Origin: Tubulanus polymorphus
Lineage: Eukaryota; Animalia; Nemertea
Reading direction: 5' to 3'
Assembly: GCF_964204645.1 (NCBI RefSeq)
Contig: NC_134027.1
Location: 27,676,560 to 27,740,559 of the forward strand
Length of the DNA: 64,000 nucleotides
Made by a program: the position numbers and the translations under genes. Under the pieces are notes generated by a model. The model was not told the DNA's origin, did no database searches, and saw nothing but the letters and a program-made list of their open reading frames with translations. Below, piece by piece: positions 25,425 to 36,269 of the stretch (the first letter of the stretch is position 1; every line of letters begins with the position of its first letter).

Positions 25425-28400
25425 ATGGCTCTGCAATTATTTCTGAGGAATATCAGAAACCTGAAGCCGAAGACCGGCGTTAGTTTCAGTGCTTTAAACC
25501 GTTATACGACTTCGTCACAAACTGCAGACGATAGTAGACCTCGTTTGATAGCAACCATGAAACAGGGTGAAAAGGTATCTATATTCCAGTTTGTTCCTGT
25601 CCCATTTTGCGAGTGTCATTTGGCTTTTTACCAAGTTACATAACACATAGTGAATAATTGTCTCAATACCCGACAGTCTGATAAATGAGCTCGCATGATT
25701 TGAATAGACCAATCTCTAACAGTCGTGGTCATGGGATTGTCTATAGAATTCAGAATTTATTATCTTGTTTAGAATATATTCTTATCTACTGATCCGTATA
25801 TAAGTAATCCATGCGTATTGCAGACCTAAACCATACAATATATTTTTAATATTTGATGCCCAGTTATTTTCATTATTATTTATAACTTCATGCCTCACAA
25901 TGAGGTAGAGTCGTCTGTTTATTGTCTGTGAGTTTTAGCCAGTATTTTATAGCTCTTAGCTGAAAATGTAAATAAAGAGGGAATCTCCCCAAATCATCCT
26001 ATCTCAAAATACATTCTTGAAAAAGGGTTTGTTTCGTTGTTTAATAGGTTTGTTTCGTTGTTTAATAGGTTTGTTTCGTTGTTTAATAGGTTTGTTCCGT
26101 TGTTTAATAGGTTTGTTTCGTTGTTTAATAGGTTTGTTTCGTTGTTTAAAAGGTTTGTTTCGTTGTTTAATAGGTTTGTTTCGTTGTTTAATAGGTTTGT
26201 TCCGTTGTTTAATAGGTTTGTTTCGTTGTTTAATAGGTTTGTTTCGTTGTTTAAAAGGTTTGTTTCGTTGTTTAATAGGTTTGTTTCGTTGTTTAAAAGG
26301 TTTGTTTCGTTGTATAAAAGGTTTGTTTCGTTGTTTAATAGGTTTGTTCCGTTGTTTAATAGGTTTGTTTCGTTGTTTAATAGGTTTGTTTCGTTGTTTA
26401 AAAGGTTTGTTTCGTTGTTTAATAGGTTTGTTTCGTTGTTTAAAAGGTTTGTTTCGTTGTATAAAAAGGTTTGTTTTGTTGTATAAAAAGGTTTGTTTCG
26501 TTGTTTAAAAGGTTTGTTTCGTTGTTTAAAAGGTTTGTTTCGTTGTTTAAAAGGTTTGTTTCGTTGTTTAAAAGGTTTGTTTCGTTGTTTAATAGGTTTG
26601 TTTCGTTGTTTAATTTGTTTGTTTCGTTGTTTAATAGGTTTGTTTCGTTGTTTAATAGGTTTGTTTCGTTGCTTAATAGGTTTGTTTCGTTGTTTAAAAG
26701 GTTTGTTTCGTTGTTTAATAGGTTTGTTTCGTTGTTTAATAGGTTTGTTTCGTTGTTTAATAGGTTTGTTTCGTTGTTTAATAGGTTTGTTTCGTTGTTT
26801 AATAGGTTTGTTTCGTTGTTTAATAGGTTTGTTTCGTTGTTTAATAAGTTTGTTTCGTTGTTTAATAGGCGAGCGTGTTCTCAACAACTGAAATCGAAAA
26901 TAGAATATCGAAATTACGATCCAACATGAGTCAGAATGATATCGGCGGAATTGTGTTAACGTCATACCACAATATAAACTACTACACTGGGGGCTTCCTT
27001 TACTGTTATTTCGGGAGAAACTATGGTTTACTGGTTACACAGGACCAATGTTTACCCATATGCCCCAGTATTGATGCGGGTCAGCCCTGGAGGAGGTCAC
27101 TCATAGCCGATAATGTCGTCACTTATACAGATTGGCAGCGTGATAATTATTTCCATGCAGTACAGAATTGTCTGAAAGACACAAAAGGTAAAATAGGTCT
27201 CGAATTCGACCATGTCAGTTTGGATAATTTCAAGAAGTTCGATAAAGCTTTACCGAACGGCTCAGAGAAGGTCGATATCGGTGAGCCGACTATGAGAATG
27301 AGGATGGTGAAATCCGCTGAAGAAATCGACGTCATTAAATCTGGAACTGCTATAGCTGAAATAGGTGGCGCTGCACAGATCGATGCGTTACACGAAGGCG
27401 TACCCGAGCACGAGGTGGCGCTGGCGTCGACTCAAGCTATGATTCGTGAAATTGCTCACAGATATCCGCAATGTGAAATTATGGACAGTAAGTCTATAAA
27501 CTACAGGACTCCAGTTTAACAGTTGTGAGTTCAAATTCACTCATTGATTTTGAGGAACTGTGAAACCGGCTCCATTTGTTGCTGTCTTTATCCCAGTTTA
27601 AAATGTTAAATTGTTTCTAATTGTTTTAATGATATTATTCTGAAGCTTGGAGTTGGTTCATGTCTGGAGTAAACACAGATGGCGCTCATAATCCAGTAAC
27701 TACTCGTAAAGTGGAGAAAGGTGATATACTCAGTCTGAACTGCTTCCCGAATATTGCTGGGTAGGTATGACGTCACGATTATTTCTTCGTAAAACCGCTA
27801 GGGGGCAGCACTATTACTAGTTTGTTTATTTGAACAAGTTTATTGTGTTTCACAGTTTGTAATGTTTCTATTGAGTCATCTAATTTGTAATTTAGAGTCT
27901 CTGATCGAGTCGAGAAGAAACACATCCGTGATTGATTCGTCAGATGATCGCCTGATGATGGCTAATATTCAATACTACTTTTTGCACAGGTATCATATGG
28001 CTTTGGAGAGGACGCTATTTCTCGATCACGCTTCGGACAAACATCTGGAACTGTTTGAAAAGAACTGCGCCGTCCATCGTCGCGGTTTAGAACTAATAAA
28101 ACCGGGCGTTAGATGTAAAGATATAGCTCTTGAATTGAATGAAATGTATCGTCAGTTTGGGCTGTTACAATATCGTAGTTTTGGTTATGGTCATTCGTTT
28201 GGGTCATTGAGTCATTATTACGGACGAGAGGCCGGTAAGAACAGAAATACATCGTAGATATCCTATAGTTTCCAGGTGTTGAATATTAATTAGCATTAAT
28301 TAGCATAATTTTGCATATATTTGCATAAATTATTCAGTGAAAAATAGATAATTACATTATCTCATTCGTTCTTCATTATTGAAGTCTCGACTGTAAGACG

Positions 28401-28746
28401 GTGTTTACACAAATTTACATAAATCTGCATAAATTATCATATTTTAATATAGTAAAGATATTTATATTAATTTGCACGAATCTACATTAATTATCCTTAA
28501 AAAAATTCTAAAAATGAATGGGTTGGAATAATTCTTTCAATTTTAGCTCTAGAATTACGGGAAGATATTGAGACTGTATTGGAACCAAATATGGTAATAT
28601 CGATGGAGCCTATGATAACAGTACCGGAAGGAGAGGCTGGAGCTGGTGGTTACAGAGAACATCACATTGTAGTCATTACTGAAACAGGTGCTGATATTGT
28701 TACCAAATTTCCATTTGGTCCCGAACACAATATCATTAAAAAATAA
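25425..28746 (+). CDS. Creatinase-family (creatine amidinohydrolase, M24 pita-bread fold) paralog 1, divergent pocket, putative mitochondrial presequence; 442 aa
   Basis: Exons 25425-25574, 26869-27487, 27646-27760, 27990-28234, 28547-28746 (1329 nt, in phase, GT-AG). Creatinase motifs TSYHNINYY, FGR, QPWRR, YTDWQRDNYF, NTDGAHNPVTTRKV, LERTLFLDH, FGYGHSFG.LSHYYGREA, SMEPM, GAGGYREH, TKFPFGPEHNII. Confidence 0.93.
26026..26868. repeat. 21-bp minisatellite (gtttgtttcgttgtttaatag) forming the 3' end of creatinase-1 intron 1
   Basis: About 40 copies; the last unit supplies the acceptor AG at 26867-26868. Confidence 0.95.
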
Positions 28747-29421
28747 TCCACTTTCGAATAACATTATTCAATCACGTATTATTTTCTAATGTGATTTTAT
28801 TCGTATATAGAATAATAACCTCTCATCAATTATTATGAAAAGTCTTAAATAAATTCATCTTTTAATTCAGTTTAATTGTTTTTTATTTATCTGCTGGGTC
28901 GCTCAACTGTAGTCTGGATTCGAACCTGAGTCCACCGGCCCACTGGGTCACCGGCCCGAACTCCTGAGTGATCACTATCAACATGACCCACATCAACATG
29001 AAACAATCTTCGGAATCTTGGGCGCTAAAGTTTACAAGAAGTGTTAATTCAAAGATTCTCCGATTAACGAGATAACTAATTTTCCTATCGGAATGATTGG
29101 AGATGTTTTGAAATTATCAAGCCTAAGCGAGCCTGGGGCTGACCTCTCTGATGCAGTCGTCCTAGTGAGAGACTTGACCTCGGATCTCTCTGGCTGTAGT
29201 GGCCCATCACTCGAGTGAGGCCCGGTCTCGCGTGTCTCAGGCTGTGGCCCATCACTCGAGTGAGGCCCGGTCTCGCGTGTCTCCAGCTGTGGCCAGTGAC
29301 TCTTTCTCACATTTTATATTGAGCTTGTTGAAAATTTATCAAATCTTATTGCTGTTTGTTTGTTTGTTTCTCTTAATATCTCAGTGTTATACGCTCTGTG
29401 TGAGATATATTTGAACTCGGT

Positions 29422-29660
29422 GAGGCCCGACCTCAGATATCTCCAGTTGTGGCCAGTCACTCAGCGAGGTTCGACCTCAGATATCACCAGTTGTGGACAG
29501 TCACTCAGCGAGGTTCGACCTCAGATATCTCCAGTTGTGACCAGTCACTCAACGAGGTTCGACCTCAGATATCTCCAGTTGTGACCAGTCACTCAACGAG
29601 GCTCAACCTCAAATATCTCCAGTTGCGGCCAGTCTCTCAGCGAGGCTCGACCTCAGATCT
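29422..29660. repeat. ~43-bp minisatellite upstream of creatinase 2
   Basis: About 5 copies; single-copy homolog at ~24078-24140. Confidence 0.88.
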
Positions 29661-30067
29661 TGTGGTCTCCTTTGAGAGACTGAAACAGTTTGATATCTGC
29701 TATATTGGAATGTACTGTAGGGCCGAGTGCCATTAGATCTCCGCTGATCACCTGATTTCAACATTCTCGCCCGAATAATCATTGAAACAATTGGCTACAA
29801 ATTTAAAACGTGACTAGCAAATCTAGAACGCGACTGTTGTTCAACACAACTGTTCACAGTATAAACTGATAGTCGATTACTGATCAATTGATACTAGAGT
29901 CACACTTAAAACTTTTGTTGTACTTTGTTCAAGTGTCGATTTTCTGATATGCGAGAAATTGATAATATTTACTGGATCAATCTGGTGGAGCCCGGCTCAA
30001 ACTGATAAAGGAAGGTGTCGCCACTGTAATCTCCGACTGGTAAACCGTGCCTTTCATTAGATAAGCA

Positions 30068-30468
30068 GCTCTCCGACTGGTAAAAGCTCTCTATTGTCAG
30101 GATTATCAGCTCTCCGACTGGTAAAACTTCTCTATTGTCAGGATTATCAGCTCTCCGACTGGTAAAACCTCACTATTGTCAGGATTATCAGCTCTCCGAC
30201 TGGTAAAACTTCTCTATTGTCAGGATTATCAGCTCTCCGACTGGTAAAACTTCTCTATTGTCAGGATTATCAGCTCTCCGACTGGTAAAACTTCTCTATT
30301 GTCAGAATTATCAGCTCTCCGACTGGTAAAACTTCTCTATTGTCAGGATTATCAGCTCTCCGTCTGGTAAAACTTCTCTATTGTCAGGATTATCAGCTCT
30401 CCGACTGGTAAAACCTCACTATTGTCAGGATTATCAGCTCTCCGACTGGTAAAACTCACTATTGTCAG
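30068..30468. repeat. 41-bp minisatellite in the putative 5'UTR exon of creatinase 2
   Basis: About 10 copies ending at a cag|gtacgt donor; single-copy homolog at ~24900-24931. Confidence 0.88.
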
Positions 30469-30727
30469 GTACGTTTAAACTGCTGTATAAGTATGTTGCA
30501 TAAACTTGTGCACAGGTTGTTTTAGATGTATCTAGGCACCAGATGAAAATATTCTGCGGGTTTTTTTCATGCGGTTTACAGGATCCACGATTTCTTCTTA
30601 CGTGTGCGGGGATTAAAACAATCAAGGTATAATAAACAATGTAGAACCTGAATGTAGGACTATTTGTGTGTATTTGTATTTCCAGCTATTGTACTGTGTA
30701 TTTAAATGTGTATTTGTATTTTCAGCG

Positions 30728-33700
30728 ATGGCTCTGCAATTATTTCTGAGGAATGTCAGAAACCTGAAGCCGAAGACCGGCGTTAGTTTCAGTGCTTTAA
30801 ACCGTTATACGACTTCGTCACAAACTGCAGACGATAGTAGACCTCGTTTGATAGCAACCATGAAACAGGGTGAAAAGGTATCTATATTCCAGTTTGTTCC
30901 TGTCAAATTTTGCGAGTGTCATTTGGCTTTTAACCAAGTTACGTAACACATAGTGAATAATTGTCTAGACAATTATCTAGACTCATATAAAAGATCTCTG
31001 ACACAGTTTGATAAAGGCCCTCGTGATACGAGTAGAACAAGGACATATAATATAATCGCGGTCAATTGATTTCTTATATAGAATTTAAAAGTTTTAGAAC
31101 TGAATTTATCGATTTAACAATTTGGACTAGAAATAGCTCTGACTAAAGATCGTACCTGATGATCGTTCAAATACCTGAATAATTTCTGTTTTAGACACGT
31201 GATTTGTTTCAACTCATACAAGGATACGTGTCTAATAAACAACCATTTTCCTGACGAGAATAAATTCTTATCTACAGATCCGTATATAGAATCACCCCTA
31301 TCTCAAGATAGCGTTTGTTTCGTTGTTTGATAGGTTTGTTTCGTTGTATAAAAAGGTTTGTTCCGTTGTTTAATAGGTTTGTTTCGTTGTTTAATAGGTT
31401 TGTTTCGTTGTTTAATAGGTTTGTTTCGTTGTTTAAAAGGTTTGTTCCGTTGTTTAATAGGTTTGTTTCGTTGTTTAATAGGTTTGTTTCGTTGTTTAAT
31501 AGGTTTGTTTCGTTGTTTAAAAGGTTTGTTTCGTTGTTTAATAGGTTTATTTCATTGTTTAAAAGGTTTGTTTCGTTGTTTGATGGGTTTGTTTCGTTGT
31601 AAAAAAAGGTTTGTTTCGTTGTTTAATGGGTTTGTTTCGTTGTATAAAAAGGTTTGTTTCGTTGTTTAATAGGTTTGTTTCGTTGTTTAATAGGTTTGTT
31701 TCGTTGTTCAAAAGGTTTGTTTCGTTGTTTAATAAGTTTATTTTCGTTGTTTAATAAGTTTGTTTCGTTGTTTAATAGGTTTGTTTCGTTGTTTAATAGG
31801 TTTGTTTCGTTGTTTAAAAGGTTTGTTTCGTTGTTTAATAAGTTTGTTTCGTTGTTTAATAAGTTTGTTTCGTTGTTTAATAGGTTTGTTTCGTTGTTTA
31901 ATAGGTTTGTTTCGTTGTTTAAAAGGTTTGTTTCGTTGTTTAATAAGTTTGTTTCGTTGTATAAAAAAGTTTGTTTCGTTGTTTAATAGGTTTGTTTCGT
32001 TGTATAAAAAGGTTTGTTTCGTTGTATAAAAAGGTTTGTTTCGTTGTTTAATAGGTTTATTTCGTTGTATAAAAAGGTTTGTTTCGTTGTTTAATAGGTT
32101 TATTTCGTTGTATAAAAAGGTTTGTTTCGTTGTTTAATAGGTTTGTTTCGTTGTATAAAAAGGTTTGTTTTGTTGTTTAATAGGTTTGTTTCGTTGTATA
32201 AAAAGGTTTGTTTCGTTGTTTAATAGGTTTGTTTCGTTGTATAAAAAGGTTTGTTTCGTTGTTTAATAGGTTTGTTTCGTTGTTTAATAAGTTTGTTTCG
32301 TTGTATAAAAAGGTTTGTTTCGTTGTTTAATAGGTTTGTTTCGTTGTATAAAAAGGTTTGTTTCGTTGTTTAATAGGTTTGTTTCGTTGTTTAAAAGGTT
32401 TGTTTCGTTGTTTAATAGGTTTGTTTCGTTGTTTAATAGGTTTGTTTCGTTGTTTAATAGGTTTGTTTCGATGTTTAAAAGGTTTGTTTCGTTGTTTAAT
32501 AGGTTTGTTTCGTTGTTTAATAGGCGAGCGTGTTCTCAACAACTGAAATCGAAAATAGAATATCGAAATTACGATCCTACATGAGTCAGAATGATATCGG
32601 CGGAATTGTGTTAACGTCATACCACAATATAAACTACTACACTGGTGGCTTCGTTTACTGTGCTTTCGGGAGAAACTATGGTTTACTGGTTACACACGAT
32701 CAGTGTACGACAGTTTGTCACGGTATTGATGGGGGTCAGCCCTGGAGGAGATCACTCATAGCCGATAATGTCGTCACTTATACAGATTGGCAGCGTGATA
32801 ATTATTTCCATGCAGTACAGAATTGTCTGAAAGACACAAAAGGTAAAATAGGTCTCGAATTCGACCATGTCAGTTTGGATAATTTCAAGAAGTTCGATAA
32901 AGCTTTACCGAACGGCTCAGAGAAGGTCGATATCGGTGAGCCGACTATGAGAATGAGGATGGTGAAATCCGCTGAAGAAATCGACGTCATTAAATCCGGG
33001 GCTGCTGTAGCCGATATAGGTGGCGCTGCAGGAGTCGACGCGTTACGTGATGGCGTACCCGAGCACGAGGTGGCGCTGGCGTCGACTCAAGCTATGATTC
33101 GTGAAATTTCTCACAGATACCCGCAATGTGAAATTATGGACAGTAAGTCTATAAACTACAGGACTCCAGTTTAACAGTTGTGAGTTCAAATTCACTCATT
33201 GATTTTGAGTCAAATTTGAACTCACAACTGTGAAACCGGCTCCAGTTGTTGCCATCTTTATCCCAGTTTAAAATGTTAAATTGTTTCTAATTGTTTCAAT
33301 GACATTATTCTAAAGCTTGGACTTGGTTCCAGTCTGGAATGAACACAGATGGCGCTCATAATCCAGTAACTACTCGTAAAGTGCAGAAAGGTGATATACT
33401 CAGTCTGAACTGCTTCCCGATGATATCTGGGTATGTATGACGTCACGATATTTTCGTCGTAAAACCGCTAGGGGGCAGCACCATCGCCGCACGCTGTATT
33501 TTTTCAAGATGTTGTGAACGGTCGAAATTTGATCCTTATTGAACTTACTTAAGCTCTTGAGAGCGTTTGTCGGTTTCAACAAAGTGTACACAAGTTTGTC
33601 TTATACCTCTAATACCTGCCAGGGATTTGAGTGTAAATAAAATAAGATTTAAAAAGATACTCTTCACTTTGCACAGGTATTATACGGCTTTAGAGAGGAC

Positions 33701-34417
33701 GCTATTTCTCGATCACGCTTCGGACAAACATCTGGAACTGTTTGAAAAGAACTGCGCCGTCCATCGACGCGGTTTAGAACTAATAAAACCGGGCGTTAGA
33801 TGTAAAGATATAGCTCTTGAATTGAATGAAATGTATCGTCAGTTTGGGCTGTTACAATATCGTAGTTTTGGTTATGGTCATTCGTTTGGGTCATTGAGTC
33901 ATTATTACGGACGAGAGGCCGGTAAGAACAGAAATACATCGTAGATATCCTTTAGTTTCCAATTGTTAAACATAAATTTGCATGAATTAGCATATTTTTG
34001 CATAAATTATTCTGAAGAAAAATAGATAATTACACGATTTCATTCTTTCTTCATTATTGAGGTCTCGACTGTAAGAAGGTTTTTTACGCCAATTTACATA
34101 AATCTGCATAAATTATTGTATTTTAGTAAAGATACTACATAAATTAACATATATCTGCATTAATTATCTTACAAGACTTCCAAAATGAATGGGTTGGAAT
34201 AATTTTTTCGATTTTAGCTCTAGAATTACGGGAAGATATTGAGACAGTATTGGAACCAAATATGGTAATATCGATGGAGCCTATGATAACAGTACCGGAA
34301 GGAGAGGCTGGAGCTGGTGGTTATAGAGAACATGATATACTAGTCATTACTGAAACAGGTGCTGAAAATATTACTAAATTTCCGTTCGGTCCCGAACACA
34401 ATATCATTAAAAAATAA
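30728..34417 (+). CDS. Creatinase (creatine amidinohydrolase) paralog 2, canonical motifs, putative mitochondrial presequence; 442 aa
   Basis: Exons 30728-30877, 32524-33142, 33316-33430, 33677-33921, 34218-34417 (1329 nt). Matches recalled Pseudomonas creatinase motifs IDGGQPWRR, ADIGGAA, DTWTWFQSG.NTDGAHN, NCFPMI.GYYTALERT, GGYREHDIL, ENITKFP. Confidence 0.95.
31314..32523. repeat. 21-22-bp minisatellite forming the 3' end of creatinase-2 intron 1
   Basis: More than 50 copies; same unit as 26026-26868. Confidence 0.95.
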
Positions 34418-35741
34418 ACTCGCTGTCTCATCAATTATCAATAATAATAATATACTCTTATAGCGTCGCCATTGCTTTAATGCTTTCCCGGTTATTTAAT
34501 TGAATTTTATATACTGTGTTCAATAAAATTATCTCAAATAAAAAAATGTGATTTTTTTGCTACTATCCGTCATTCTGGAACCCACGTTGCTCGTACATCT
34601 TTCGAAATTGTCATTGAATTTTTCTGGCGTCAGTGACAGTTTCGCACCGAGATAAGTAAAGAGCGGAAAACGCGTGTAAATAGATCGCATAAATCACTAA
34701 GTTTATAATTTCTTATAAAAACGAACGATTTTACTACAAATAAATATGAATCACAATCAGCTGAACAGGAAAATATTTATACATTAAATCTACACAATGA
34801 ATTTATACGTGAAACATGATTAAACGTTACGTATTTTATACTTATTTACACAAATATTGCATCTTGTGAAAGGAAATACAGGGATCTAATGAGAGAAAAT
34901 TAATGGGGATTGTTTTATCTATTCTTAACTTATTGGATCCAGTTCTTCGATTGTGGGATAAAAATGTGAGAAAATATTAGTTAATATCAGATGAGTAAAA
35001 TCTAAAGTCGTAAACAACTATAGACGCTGGTTTAATATACTGAACTCGGTTCAGCAGTTCAAACAGCAGTTATTAAACAAATTCGAGCTTTTTTAGTCTA
35101 ACTGAACCGACCACTGCAACTGTTAAACTGGTCGCAGGACCTCCTGACACTGGTTGCATGACCTGACAGGTTATCGGTTTATCTCTAAGAGTTCGAACAT
35201 CGTAAATTAACTAATTTTACCCCTACGATGAAACTGAACCAAGAACTGTAGAATTGGATCTGGTTGGGTATCAAACAATTAAACCGACTAATTTTACTGC
35301 AATAAATTAAATGATTCCAAATCGAATGAATTCCTGATTGGACGGAAATGAAATTCTACACTAAATTCTAATCAACGATTCATAGAAATATGTCATCCTA
35401 GAGTCACGATCATATTTTACAGTAATTTAACTTTTTAAAACTTGTTGTATAGAGATTTTAACAATTGTAGAATAAGGCTGAGTTTTACAGAGAATTCTAT
35501 AAACATTTCTAAACAACTATTTCATAGTTTAAACTATTTCTACAAATCTATTTTTTACATTTCTACGACTAAATTTATTTGCAAAAATATCATTCGCAAG
35601 TTTAAGAAATTCTGATATTTCTGTAACACTCAGTGGCGCGCTCTGCTGGGCTCGGTTTTACAAAAACTCAAATTTTTGGTTTAGTTGCTGTTGGATACTT
35701 CATGTTTCAATGAGGACAACAATTCTAACTTAATAAGGCTG

Positions 35742-36223
35742 CAGGGTTTCCAGTGGTAAGGCCAGGGTAAAAAGAAGTACTAAGGACTTTTTTCGCAATT
35801 TTAGACCCAGATCCAAAAGGAAGGACTTTTTGACTCTGAAATGTATACTTTCCAGTAAAATGAGGGTCCATAAAGGAGCATTTTTGCAATGCCTTTGCCC
35901 GAATTCTAGTCATGTAGACCAATCATATATTTTATGGTAATTCCATAACACTTTTCTGTAGATTCAATCTTACCAAAAATACATAAAGAGGAGTGTTTGA
36001 TTTTACTGATAATTGAATTACCAGTTACTGAGTAATAAAATACTTCAACGATCGAATTTGTGACAAAATTGCCCACAAAAAAATACATAAAAATCAAATT
36101 TGGAAGGACTTTTTTATCAAAAGGAAGGACTTAGAGTCAAATAGAAGACCAAAGATGATGTTCGTCCAAACGTCTTCCAAAAGAATGACAAAGAAGGACT
36201 TGGAAGGACCGCTGGAAACCCTG
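35742..36223. mobile_element. Non-autonomous DNA transposon with CAGGG termini and 5-bp TSD (hAT-like)
   Basis: 16-bp TIRs cagggtttccagtggt / accgctggaaaccctg (1 mismatch), flanked by a direct repeat of ggctg; internal aaggactttt subterminal repeats. Confidence 0.8.
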
Positions 36224-36269
36224 GGCTGTAACTTTTTCGTGAAACCGGGCTGTGTTGAGTTTTAGAGAT

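Noticed and set aside
25994-26965. 323-aa and other periodic ORFs (NNETNLL, KQRNKP, FRCLIGL)
   Set aside because: Translations of the 21-bp intronic minisatellite
25425-34417. Bacterial contamination as the source of creatinase
   Set aside because: Four spliceosomal introns per gene, host-type minisatellites and contiguity with animal genes
137-34417. Functional link between the GPR158-like receptor (a glycine receptor in mammals) and creatinase (sarcosine/glycine production)
   Set aside because: Adjacency alone is weak evidence in animal genomes, and the ligand-binding domain was not located
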